DNA of 64,000 bases. Source: the human T2T-CHM13v2.0 reference genome, Homo sapiens. Of the stretch, positions 1 to 12,405 are shown one piece after another. How positions within the stretch are numbered: position 1 is the stretch's first letter; every line of letters begins with the position of its first letter. The notes below the pieces were generated by a model. It saw only the letters and a list, made by a program, of their open reading frames with translations. It made no database searches and was not told where the DNA came from. A program made the translations under genes and the position numbers. The stretch lies in NCBI RefSeq assembly GCF_009914755.1, contig NC_060928.1; one strand, written 5' to 3'.

Positions 1-3000
1 CTTGTTACATGAGCTGGCTGTGCCTAAGCAAGCCCATGTCATGTGTTTAAAGTGCCATTTTATCAGGAAGACATTCTAGGGTCCTTCTGTTTAAATAATT
101 CAGTGAGGGTTTTGTGAAAATGAATTTATAGGCCAATATGAACACTTGGGTGATATACAGAGCAGCGCAGGTGCCATTACTCAAAATCCCAGTGCTATTC
201 CACCATCCAATATACAGAGAAATATTAACCTAGGATGGTGGCAAGCTGAGAGGCCCCAAGTATTTTTCACATGCCACTGGATTCATGACCAATATATTTC
301 GCATTACTTGTGTCCTTCAGGTAGAATCGAGTATCAACATCAGTCAAACAATATAAAAGCAATATAGGTCAAATCTCCGGCTTTTAGAATAATTCTCATC
401 ATTTTGCTCCAGCTTTTATCTGCCACTTGTTAGGAAATCTGTCCTTTCGGGACTCTGAGGATGTCACCTGTTACTTGTACCATCACGGCAATAATAAATA
501 GTGCCAGAGACCTCTGAGGAGAACAAATTCAAGACTCCTCTTCAAGAGCTCCTTCGATTCTATGCTCTGAGAAATGTTGGGCATAGTTCTGCAGCACCCC
601 CAGCCCCTGCTCCAAGGCAATCTTTTGCTAACTATTGTTCGTTTTGCAGAAGACACAGCACCTGCTTGGAACCCACGGCTATGAAGTACTGGAATGAGAA
701 GTAAATAAAATAAATATTGAGTCATCCCCTAGTATCTGCCAGAAGTCATGCAAAGCAAGTCATTGAAAATCTTTACAATTCTTAATATTCTTCCTCAAGG
801 TCTGTTTAATTGACAGACTAGAAATTTTGAGAAAAATTTAATAACAATATGATATCAGTAACAAGAATAATGATATTTATAGTAAAAGAAAACAACCCAC
901 ACACATATCTAGTGAAAAAAAAATCCAGAGGGAAATATATCAAATACCAGTAGTGGTTGTATGAAGATCGTTTCATAGGTAGTTTTAAATTCTTTTTTAT
1001 TCTCTATTTTTTTCTATTTTTCATTATGCATAATCTGGTCAAATATTAAAATGGTAGTTTCAGCCATGAAGAAATATTATAAGGCAGTAATATATGTTAA
1101 TTTGCCAAATTAACAACATGTTAAGATGAGGGAAAGACTATTTGTAGTTGAAACAGTCAAGGAAGCTTTGGTGGAAATGCAGAGAATGAGACAAATATTG
1201 ACGGGCTGCGGACAGAAGAGGATTCTATATATGGCTTTATAAATTTGTGAATGTTTTGTTCATTTTTACTCTGTGGTTTTTTTTTGTTGTTAATGAACTT
1301 TTACTTGTAAAAATAAATAAGCAAACAAAGATGACTATGCACTTAATGAGTAATTGCCATAGCATACCAATTAGTTAGTTTGCTAATGACATATTAATTA
1401 TATGTAATTACCATTAGAGGGGTAAGTGTACATGACAAAGGAGAGCAAGAGACTCTCTCTTCCTTCTAGAAAGCTGGGTTCAGAGAGAGAGACAGTCAGG
1501 GGACAGGGAAGGGAATGAATGAAGTCGGAGAAATATGCATTATTATTGTATATCAAGTGCTTTCAAAACTGAGCTAGAGAAGGCAGGCACATCATGGACG
1601 GTGTTGCAGACATGCTAAGGTGTTTGAACTTAACCTTAAGTTATTACTTATCAGAGTCTTCCAAGTAGAGGAATATTCTAATGAATTCAGATCTGATTTT
1701 TCTTACTCTAAATGGTTCAAAATCAACTGATGCCTTGAAGCTAAGTTTAGTGATGCAATGTTTTTCTTCTTCCATAGAGTCATATATTTCTAATTTCAAG
1801 ATTTTTCTTTATAATTTATATGACTTGACATATTAAAAGTGAGATAATGTGTATTAACTGTCTGAGATGATATAAATAAGAATCATGTTTAAAATGCATG
1901 TCACACATACATTTTTTAGTCAATCATGGTGATGTTTAACCTGACAAGATCGCTTACTAAAGCTGAGAAGTAGCTTATATGTTCTTATGAAGGACTCCTT
2001 GATCTGCAACATTTGATGCCCATTTTTTTTCCTGAAAGCATCTTCTTGTTATACCCTAGTAAGCTTTCTCTTTTACATTTAAGAGAATTCCAAATTTAAA
2101 CATGCATGAGTTACAGTTTCAGCAGAAGACCTTATTCAACGAAGAATATATTTAAAGGAAGAAGGGAGTATGGATGGATGAACATCAACCATATTACTTA
2201 TTCCATGACCTAACTGAAAAAGAGGGATTTGGGTCAAAGAACTCTCTTCCCTGGAGAAAATGACCAGAACTTTAACTGTGGCTCATTGAGGCTTCTAGAA
2301 AACCAGAAGATTTGGCATCCATTGGCATTTTCCCTAAAAGTGGGTGGCTGCAGAGGGCTGTTTCCTTGGAAACATTGTTTATTGGTCTGTACCATAGTAA
2401 AATGTCCAGGGTTTCTACACTGAAGCAATGACAGATTCAAATAATTTTTATGACCACTGAAGCTCAAATTTCATTGTGTTACCCTTCTATGCTCATTAAT
2501 TAACATTGTATTTCTTAGGTCTTGAAACAAATAAAGTAAATTGTAACAGTCATCAATTCTGAGTAGCTGGTGGTCAGATATTTGTTCTATCAATTGTTTT
2601 CTGTATTTTAAAAATTTCTAAAAATTTTTATATAGGCAGCAGTAGAAAAATTGAGTTAAGCTTGTGAACTGACATCAAACCTAACCATTTAAGTTTTTTT
2701 TTTCTACTTATTTTTTAGGAAAGATGTCAGTATTAGGCAAGAGAAGTTACTTAAATAAAAATAATTTTAGTAACGTAACTTCTCTTGAGTGTAGTGAGCA
2801 TAGCATTATAAAGAAAAGATATTTGAATACATTTTGAAATGCAGTGGGAAGAAATTTGTTTGCTAGTGTTTGGGGAGCCACCAAGTTCTGTTAATGATAG
2901 ACTTGAATAAAAATTGTGGTAGTACAAGGAGCATTTGGATAGCATTATATTTTAGATGATAAATTCTGGGCTACTGAAGTCTACTCTGAATCATCAATTT

Positions 3001-3672
3001 CAGTGTTGCCTTATCACCAAATATTTTCCATGGTAATCATCTGGGTTGCCCTTTGAGAGGTTATTTTGGTAAAAGCAATACAATTTCTAAATTGAAGTTG
3101 GCAGAAATAAAAGTACCCAAGAATATGTCTTACTATTTCCATGGTAATATCTCCCTCTTAGACCTGTGACCTGACAAGTTATTTTTGAAGAAAAGGAAGT
3201 TAGGTGGGCCAACGGTCTATTTAACTAGTCTGCCATCGTCTATTCCACTTACTGCTATGGTCACCACTAGAGTGGGAGAGAGCCTACACGGAATTTTCCC
3301 CAGGCCTTAGAGTCTGCTATTACATTTGCAACGAAGAAACACAAGGTTCTCTGAGGCTTTCCCCCTGCTGGAAGTCATGATTCTAGTGTCAGTTGTCCCA
3401 TTTCTTTGGCAGAAATGGGTGGTAGAAAACTGATCCCAGCACCCTCCTCACAAGGAGAGCCAGGAGCTTCTACACAGAGCACTTCCAGGTATGTTTAGCA
3501 CCCTGACTCACCACTTGGAGAGCCAACATGACTGCAGAGGGTTTGGAGTATGTGTGATGCCTGCTTGCAAGCCACGGGCAGATTCTGAGGTCTTTTCTTG
3601 ATAAATCGTGTAGTCACACTTAGGATCTCTCATGTGCTTACTCAGGACTGGTTCACATTAGGCTGCTTGAGC

Positions 3673-3674
<2 letters not shown>

Positions 3675-3703
<29 letters not shown>
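3675..3703. repeat. Poly-T run (T29)
   Basis: Read directly. Confidence 0.95.
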
Positions 3704-3705
<2 letters not shown>

Positions 3706-4233
3706 CCTTTTCCCTGACCTGGTAAAATAGGCCTGGCTACTTAGTAAAGGCTGGTGAATAGCCAGGAGAAAACTGTGAGTGGCTTCTAACCACTCTATGG
3801 GTACACTTTGCTCCTTTGCCCCCTTCAGATGGTTCCTCCTGAGAGAAAGTATAGTATGGGAATAAAGGAAATATGTGTATTGAAGAGTGGAAGAGATACA
3901 AGAGCAAAGGAGATCTCTCCTAAAATAAGATGGCTCATGTGAGGGATTTCAGCATTCCTGTGCAGGCTTCAGCTGTTCTTGCTCTTCAACTCTTCTGTTT
4001 GCCTTTTGCCGTTTGTTCTAGTTTGAATTTATACATGAAATTGAGAACACTTTCAGCCTTTAATATCTTGCTCTTGATTTGGGACAATATTTATAGTTTT
4101 CTGTTTTACAAAATTATTTTCAGCCACCAGAAATATTTATAATATAGCTTATTCAACTGGGGAATTGGTTATTATAAATGTATTAATGTAACATGATATT
4201 TAAATTAGACCCACATGGTTTTTTATATCTATA

Positions 4234-4522
4234 TTTTTATTTTTTTTATGAAGTCTCGCTCCTTTGTCACCCAGGCTCGAGTGCCGTGGCACGATCTTGC
4301 AGCTTCCGCCCCCCGGGTTCCAGCATTTCTCCTGCCTCAGTCTCCAGGGTAGCTGGGATTACAGGCATGCGCCACCATGCCCAGCTAATTTTTGTATTTT
4401 TCAGTAGTGACAGAGTTTCACCATTTTGGCCACGCTGGTCTCAAACTCCTGACCTCAGGTGATCTGCCCGCCTCAGCCTCCCAAAGTGCTGGGATTACAG
4501 GCATGAGCCATAGCTCCCGGCC
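4234..4522 (-). mobile_element. AluS-like SINE
   Basis: Reverse Alu text (cctcccaaagtgctgggattacagg, aaactcctgacctcaggtgatc), T-rich tail at left, small internal deletion. Confidence 0.93.
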
Positions 4523-5223
4523 AGATTATTTTATAAAACTAATAATTTGTTTTTAATTGATCTGTTTCGTGATATCAATGGTTTAAATGTCTAATCTACT
4601 CAAAAGAAAGAAAAATCCATGATTTTAATTTTGAAAAGCTATCTAGCACCACATTTTTTCATTGTTCTTGACACAAATCATACCTATATTTTGAAAGACT
4701 TTTACAATTCCAATCAAATGAATATACCTAAGAAACTGGAAAAATTCACATTACATCAATAGAATATTATATTTTACCTTTATGGAGAGGCTCAATTAAA
4801 TGTATATAAATGATATAAAACATGATTTACATTTTAACTGATGACCAGTTTTTTTGCCTTTTTGACCATATGCGACTACATAGCCAGCACCAAAATGAAA
4901 CAAAACAACAGCAATAATTTAAAAACTTGTTAACAAATTTTGGTATCTTTCTGCCACTCCTGCAGAATAGGAAATGCCTCCAGCCATCTACACATCCACA
5001 CATCTATAGAAAGCAACCTCTAAAGGCCACATAGTCCAATAATCTTATCAAATTGGTAAGATTTTTCTTTCCTTCATGGGAGAATTTTACACTTATTGAC
5101 AGTAATTGGCTATTTCTAAAGAAGTTAGGCCTTTTGTTTATGTTTCACATGAACAAAATCCAAGGTTATAGTTAGATTCTAAAATAACTAATTTTCATCT
5201 AATCAACTTGTCTGGAAACTTAC

Positions 5224-5285
5224 CAGACTCATGAGAAATTGTCTTAACGGTAAGAAGCTTCACGCTCTCTTTATCAGACTGAGGT
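5224..5285 (-). CDS. EMCN: Endomucin coding exon (about exon 10), cytoplasmic tail (Q)PQSDKESVKLLTVKTISHES(G)
   Basis: Minus strand tttttttcaaatag|ACCTCAG...GAGTCTG|gtaagt; 62 nt, phase 2 to 1; peptide recognised as the endomucin tail. Confidence 0.97.
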
Positions 5286-5375
5286 CTATTTGAAAAAAAA
5301 AACATGAAATTAACACCATAGTAATCAGCATTGTATGTTTGTGAAAGTATTGTGACACAAACAGAATGACGAAGA

Positions 5376-5457
5376 TACATATGCATATATATATATAATG
5401 TGTGTGTATATATATACGTGTGTGTGTGTGTATACATACATATATATATATATATAT
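5376..5457. repeat. Compound (TA)n/(TG)n microsatellite
   Basis: Alternating purine-pyrimidine tract, read directly. Confidence 0.92.
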
Positions 5458-6442
5458 CTCCATGGCAAGAACTTTGTCTTTTCACATACAAATACACATA
5501 TACTTTTTAGCAATTTTTACTTTTTCTGGAATCAAGCCAATAAATCCCTGCCACTCTCTTATAGTGGTGATTGTCAGATAAATTAAAAATTAGTTTGAGT
5601 TGTGTGAAACACTTGGCACAAGGTCCATATCGCACATGTCTCCAATTCTGAATTATGGAGAGGAAGACATAGAAATGTTTACAAGCCTTTTGGGCTTATG
5701 CTGAATTCTGGAGATATTCCTTTTCCTGAAGTTCTGAGATACTGTAGTATAGTATCTGAACTGCCTATTTTAATCAAGAGTTCTCATCTATCCAAAAGAG
5801 TTTCAAACTCTAATTATTTCCTTTGGACATCTGAGGAGTCTCTAAGTCATATGAATAGTAATTTAGCATTATTTCTAAAGTTTACAACCTTATGAAACAT
5901 AAAAACACTTATATAAAGGTAGACCACAAATTCCTGTCAACAAGGAAAACAGGGTTTGTTTTGACATGAAAATCAATTCATCATGTCTCTTTGCAGCACC
6001 TTGGTTGTTACAGTTGCCTGGATTACTAAAATCTGCTTTATTTTAATCAAGTCAAAGTAAAACAGCCATCTACCTTAAAGGCACTGAGAACTGGCTCAAG
6101 GTAGAAGCACAAATTTCCCTGTGATAAACATATTAAAAATTTCACTGGGAAACTATTTTAAAACTCTAGGTATTTTTTCTATGATATTTTCCCTCATAAT
6201 TATATTCATTCTTCTACTTTTCCATTTCATCTTTTTATTTCCCATTTTACCATTCTAAGATTAAACATGATCTTACATTTGGAATTTCTCTGTTAAATGG
6301 AGAGAGCTCTGACAAACAGTTAAAGCCAATATGTAGATTTTCTACACTTTAGAAATAATCCAAAAAAGTATAAGTAGAGTAACAACAATTTTCACTACGT
6401 AAATGGTAGGGTCTAAACAAAAGATGATATGGGCTTACTTAC

Positions 6443-6467
6443 TGATCATTTCCATTTTCTGGTGTGC
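6443..6467 (-). CDS. EMCN: Endomucin micro-exon (about exon 9), (G)TPENGND(Q)
   Basis: cctcttctcctag|GCACACCAGAAAATGGAAATGATCA|gtaagt; 25 nt, phase 1 to 2; joins the flanking exons in frame. Confidence 0.95.
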
Positions 6468-7579
6468 CTAGGAGAAGAGGGAGTTGTTATTAGAGTTGCA
6501 AAGAAGTTGGCTACCATAAATATGAGCAAGCCCCTCTAACCCCCTCACCTGCTGTCCACTCTTTTCTATGCAGAGATGTTTCTAAGTCATTTTAAAATAT
6601 TTTAATTTTCCCCTTGCCAAGCCATTTCCTCAGGTATGGTTAATACTTATCCTGGCACTCATGGGATAGTCCTAATTAGGTCAAGTCCACTAAACTTAGT
6701 TCTGGACTAATCTTGATCTTGTAGTTTCATATCACTATGTGAAATTACTGTTCATTATTGCATATCCCATGGACAACAGAAAATGTCTGTTTATTTCAGT
6801 ATCTCTGAAAAAATTCTATTAAAAGTATTGAAGGTTTTATGCCAGAGAATTGAAGTTTTGACTTTCCTTTATACATTGTTCTTTTTTGGGACAGAAATCA
6901 CTGTGTTTGTGGTGAGCTACAATGTAGATACTATATCTAATTGTATCTTAAACCCACTGATTCAGCCTCTCAAAAGAGCCCTGCAAAATGTCGCAGAGGC
7001 TACTAGCTGCAACTAATCTTTTGTTCTCTTTGCCAGGCTGCTTCACAGCTGTCTGATAGAAAACACCTGGGGTTTAGAGTGAGAACTCAGAATGATTCAT
7101 TCTGCACAAGGACATGGCCTCTCTGGAGTGAATGTTGGTGATCAAATCTTGCATTAATCTATGGCCAATCAGGCCAGCTGTTTAATGTGATTGCATAAGG
7201 TTCCCCTTGTTGTGCTCCTTTGGTCTGGTTTTATTCCATTGCAGCTTCTGTTTCTTAGATTTCCTTTTATATGTAATCTAAATCTTGTCATTGAGTATGC
7301 CCTTTGAATATAATTCTCCTGGCTTTGACTATCCTTGTTTTATAAAGACCTTAACTTCCACTCATATTTTGGCTGCTTCTATTTCTGTCATCTTGGTTAA
7401 GATATGCCATCGTAACTCTTAATACGTAGGATTTAACCCATGGCACCATATGCTGCTCACCAATTAGACTTAACCTCATCTTTGCTCCATCAGTAAGGTT
7501 TTAACAGCATTTTTTGATTCCTATGTGTCATATACAATATCACCTGTGATGCTAATAGCCCTGTTTTAAAATGAGTTTT

Positions 7580-8374
7580 TTTCATTTATAATTTTTGGGG
7601 GTACATAGTAGATGTAGATATTTATGGGGTATAAGAGAGATTTTGATATAGGCATGCAATGCATAACAATCACATCATGGCAGTGGTGTATCCATCCCCT
7701 CAAGTATCCTTCGTGTTACAAACAGTTCAATTATATTCATTGAGTTATTTCAAAATGTATCATTAAGTTTATTATTGACTATAGTCGCCCTGTTGTGCTG
7801 TCAAATACTAGGTTTTACCCATACTTCATACATTTTTGTACCCATTAACCATCTCCACTTCCCCTCCACTACCCTTCCCAGCTTCTGGTAGCCATCCTTC
7901 TACTCTCTAGCTCCATGAGTTCAATTGTTTTGATTTTTTAGCTTCCAGAAATAAAAACATGGGAAGTTTGTCTTTCTGTGCCTGACTTATTTCACTTAAC
8001 ATAATGACTTCCAGTTCCATCCATGTTGTTGCAAATGACAGGATCTCATTCTTTTTTGTGACTGAATGGACATCACTGTGTATAAGCACCACATTTTCGT
8101 TATCTATTCATCTGCTGATGGACACTTAGGTTGCTTCCAAATCTTGGCTATTGTGAACAGTGCTGCAACAAATGTGGGACTGCAGGTATTTCTTTGATAT
8201 ATTGATTTCCTGTGTTAAGCGTATATACCCAGCAGCGGGATTGCTGGATCATATAGTAGCTGTATTTTTAGTTTTTTTGAGGAACCTCCAAGCTGTTCTC
8301 CATAGTGGTTGTACTAATTTACATTTCCACCCACAGTGTACGAGGTTTCCCTTTTCTCCGCATTCTCTCCAGCA
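7580..8374 (-). mobile_element. L1MA-type (about L1MA1-3) 3' fragment
   Basis: Reverse L1 3'UTR; minus ORF encodes ORF2p C-terminal remnant KKNEILSFATTWMELEVIMLSEISQAQK. Confidence 0.85.
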
Positions 8375-9979
8375 AAATGTATTGAGATTTTTATATGCCT
8401 GTTTTAATATTTTTTCCCTAGGAAACTATAGCGATAGTCTCATTAGCAGATAGATGCAAGCCAACAGACTATTTTCTGCGTATATACCATTCTTATTTGG
8501 TTAAAGTTCAGTCCACTGTCAACCTTGTCCAGATAAGCTTCATTTCTTACGGAAATCTCTGATTCATGTTGTCTTCCACAGAGCAGAATGGGTTTACTAA
8601 TTTCCCAAACTAGATAAAGTCTCTCCCACATACTTGAAGAGTGATTAACTGCAGGTATTTAATGGTGCTAATTTAATGATAACAGTGCTGTAAATTCTGT
8701 CTCAGAAACAAAGTTAACAACAACCAAAAAGATTTGGCTAATTGTACAATTGCCAAACTTGACTTTAAAATACTCATGTCTTCAGAATAGCTATCCGTAG
8801 TGGTAGGAACTTTATACATCCATGGAAACCGCTTTAATAGAAAAGGTCAACTTTTCAAATAATACATTCTTAAATCTTCCTATGTAAAGTAATTTTTAGT
8901 ATAGCATATTTTTACAAATAAATTTAGCACATTAATTTTTACATATCCTGCATACTCAACACTCTCAGGCTGATTTTCAGTAAAAGACAGGATTGGTAGG
9001 TAGTTCAGAAACTTAGAGAAATTAAACTGACTTATAAAAATGCTGTTTCTCCTCTGAAAACTGAACAAGGAGACATGTTTCAGACATTAAGAAGTTTATT
9101 CACTGATTCCCAAAGGAAAAGGCATTGATTTGTTTTTACTTTTCACCAAGAGCTAAAATGAACTCTGCTGTTTTGGTCTCCTAGCTTCTCTTGGTACTGT
9201 CGTTATCATACTACAACTGTCCATGCAATGCATGGTGAGCAGGTGGCTTTAGGGATAGCATTCACTGGTGTCCTGGGGGGCACACTGTCCATGAGGTAAA
9301 CAAAGAATAATGCAGCTTATATACATTATAAAAATAATTGCTTTTTACCTTCTAACAGTTTATGAGACTTAGATTTTTTTGTGACATATTTAGAATTAAA
9401 GTGGGGAAGAAGAATTCTATTTACTGTACCTTTAAAAATGTAACTCAATAAGTATATAGTAAGGGCCTGCTATATATTAGGTAGCATGCAATGTGAACAA
9501 TATGTGATTTGTGACTTGGAAGGGTTGCCTGACTTTCAAGAGAGGTAGGCACATGGAGAAATAAGTAACTGTACTATGGTATGATAAATGATATAATCCA
9601 AATCTGTAGTAATACAATTAAAGGTAGAATTCATTCTGCTTGAAGAAGTGGTATGTTATAAAAAGATACAGTAAATTTGTGTTTGAGTTGAGTCCTAATG
9701 GGTAAGTTGGAGATTAGGTATGTTATGAAAGGTAAGAGGTGGGCTGGATATTCCAGAAGGAATAGTATGGATGAGGGCATGGATACATGCTACTACATTA
9801 TACGACCAGGGCTGGGCTGTGAAGTGGAAAGATAGTTTGCAATTAAGGTAACATGACAGCTGAGCCATGGGAGTTGAAGGGGTATTTAGGTGAAGGTTGA
9901 GTAAAGAAGAGGCAAATTTCTTGGAACAGAAAAAAGACTGAGTAAAGACTAAAAGAAATCAGAATTTAGTTAACAATAA

Positions 9980-10127
9980 TTTATCAGTATTAGTTCACTA
10001 ATTGTGACAAACATACCATCAGATCTTAATAAGGGAATAAGGGAAACTAGGTATGGTGACTCACTGTACTATCTTTGCAACTTCCCTGTAACTCTAAGTC
10101 TACTCTAAAATAGAAAGTTTATTTTTA
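9980..10127 (+). mobile_element. Old L1 (L1MC/MD-like) 3' end fragment
   Basis: cactgtactatctttgcaacttccctgtaactctaa...aaagtttattt resembles L1M 3' termini. Confidence 0.55.
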
Positions 10128-10606
10128 AAAAGGATAAAAAATATAACATGGTCTTGGAAGATACTTTCGTTGGGTGTGTCTCCCAGGAGGGAAATTAGTC
10201 ACGGGACATTTTTTGAGATTATGGGCCCCTGAGCTGAATTCTTAGCAATCTCCCTCTTTATTTTCTGTTACATAGAAATGGAGTTAATCTTTACCATAGA
10301 CAAGTTATGTCATTGTTATGCCCTCTTTACTATCATATTCCCCTGACCACCCATAAAATTTGGGCTATTTTATTAAAAAGAATTTCCCTATATTTGATAA
10401 TATCTACTCATAGTATTTAGTTCCCACTCTGCAGTTCACTAGCATTCAGTGGGTGTCTGTGCCCTTCGTCCTTTGTTTCTGTGATCAGGAAATATGACAT
10501 TTCATTTCTTTCTATAACTTTTCTCTCCCTTTAAGAATTTAAAATCAAGTTTAAACTGAGCATTCATTCTTCTTTCAGGAAAACAAAACAAAACACTGTT
10601 ACCTAC

Positions 10607-10702
10607 CCGGATCTGCCTTCCAGCACATTCGGTACAAACCCACCAGAACAAATACTGAAAGTGTTATTACAATCAAAGCAATAACCACCGGCAAAATAAT
10701 AC
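10607..10702 (-). CDS. EMCN: Endomucin transmembrane exon (about exon 8), (S)IILPVVIALIVITLSVFVLVGLYRMCWKADP(G)
   Basis: ttctttttag|GTATTATTTTG...GATCCGG|gtaggt; 96 nt, phase 1-1; about 23-aa hydrophobic helix followed by basic stop-transfer residues. Confidence 0.97.
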
Positions 10703-11324
10703 CTAAAAAGAATTGGAGACATTGTCAATTAGAGTGGCTACTGAATTTCACAGCGATAGTTTGGTAAGTGAGCCAAAGCATGAGTACTTCCTTTCTTCTT
10801 TAAATATCATTCTATTAAAAACATATTTTAGGCAAAGATTCCTCTGATTCATGGGGTTTGCTCTAGTTGTCATCTTTGACATAACCACTTGATGTCAGTC
10901 TTGTAACCTTTCTGAAACAAAATTCCAACCTTAAGAGAGAGTGCCCCCATCTTCCTGGAGACTGAAGAAGTGGGGAGATGGGAGACTGGAGAAGCAGAAG
11001 ATGTACTCTAGATTATAATTAAATCCTCATTCACTCATTACATTTTTTAGTACTTTATAATGAAGTTACCAAAATATATATAACCCAACGGGGATTGCTT
11101 TAGTCCTAATGCTGGCTTTCTAAAACACTCACAAATTTCTTTCTATAATAATACCTTAAAACTAGAAAAGGCATAAAATAATGTAAGTAGATACCACAGT
11201 GAAGATGATTCTTGAAAATGAACATGATTCAAGAGAGATGTGTATGTGTGTCTGTTTGGGGGAGTGATGTTGCTGCAGTAACTTAGGGTGAGTTTTTCAT
11301 ATTTGTATTAAGAGGAAGAGTATT

Positions 11325-11365
11325 GCCTGCCTTCCTTCCTTCCTTCCTTCCTTCTTTCCTTCTTT
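11325..11365. repeat. (CCTT)n microsatellite
   Basis: Read directly. Confidence 0.9.
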
Positions 11366-12345
11366 TCTGATGGTTATTTCCAAGGTTAAAAGTACAGTGA
11401 TAAAAGCAAGAGAGCTGTCATAGACACACAACTAAAGGAAATTAAGATGACTATTAGTTTAGCATATTTGCTTTCATATGTACTCCTTATATATTTATCA
11501 GGGGTGAGACTTACTCTCCAATTCATCTGTAGGATGGTTTACACTTCCATTGTCAGAGTTAAATATTTGTTTTAAGTAAGTTCTGCTGATTTCATAATAG
11601 ACCTTAGGTGAAATCATTATTGCCTCCCAAATGAAGATGCCGTGAATCAGCAGGTCAGTAATTTCTATGATGACTTATTTAATGGAATGGGTTTAACTAA
11701 ACTTAATAGAGCCTTTTATAATAACAGTTTTGAATATTGTCTTTTTATTCTTAATTACTAAGGAAGTTATTTAATATTCTGTATTCAGTCTTAGCACACA
11801 CATAAATGTTATATGACATATATAGGTTTTAGTTAAAATGGAACATTTCTTAAAGGCCGTTTTTAATGTTCTATGAAGGCAAACAATTCATTTTTTGATA
11901 TAATTTATTTATTATTTTAATTATTTACTTGACAAAAATAAAATATATTCAGGGTATACAACCTGATAATTTGGAAATAATTCACTTTTATGGGGACCTC
12001 TACCTGTGCATTTTGACTTATCTGAAACTAGTCCCATCGAGTCATCCTTGGCCCTTGATCGTAATTGTTAAACACTAAACTAAGAAAAAAATTGCCAAAC
12101 TGTGCTTTTTTTCCTCTTCTGTTTTCTTTCTTTCTTTCTTTCTTTTCTTTTTTTTTTTTTTTGTCATTAAGACTCACTTGTGGGAAATTTTCAGAGCAGG
12201 CAGCAGTTAGATGGGATTGTAATGGGATTGCAGGCTCAGTAAAGTTGAGAAAAGGCTGCCCATAATCTGATTCCTCTCCTTTACTGGTCACATTCAAACA
12301 TTCTGCATATCTACTGCCATGAATGAAGGCATTGCTGTTACTCAC

Positions 12346-12405
12346 TGGAATAAGACCGGCTGGTTGCTGAAGTGCTTGCATTTTTTCCACCCTCAGTGCC
12401 TATTA
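12346..12405 (-). CDS. EMCN: Endomucin juxtamembrane exon (about exon 7), (V)IGTEGGKNASTSATSRSYS(S)
   Basis: ttttctttcttaaag|TAATAGGC...TATTCCA|gtgagt; 60 nt, phase 1-1; N-glycan sequon NAS. Confidence 0.96.

Noticed and set aside
3130-3870. Moderately GC-richer block as an LTR or the EMCN stop-codon exon
   Set aside because: No recognisable LTR termini, and the expected EHSAQGKTKN-coding exon is not present in 1-5200
5195-5497. 100-aa minus ORF as a standalone protein
   Set aside because: Only 5224-5285 is a real EMCN exon; the rest is microsatellite and intron read-through
12028-12390. 120-aa Lys-rich minus ORF
   Set aside because: Overlaps the EMCN exon in the wrong frame; the Lys run derives from a T-rich low-complexity tract
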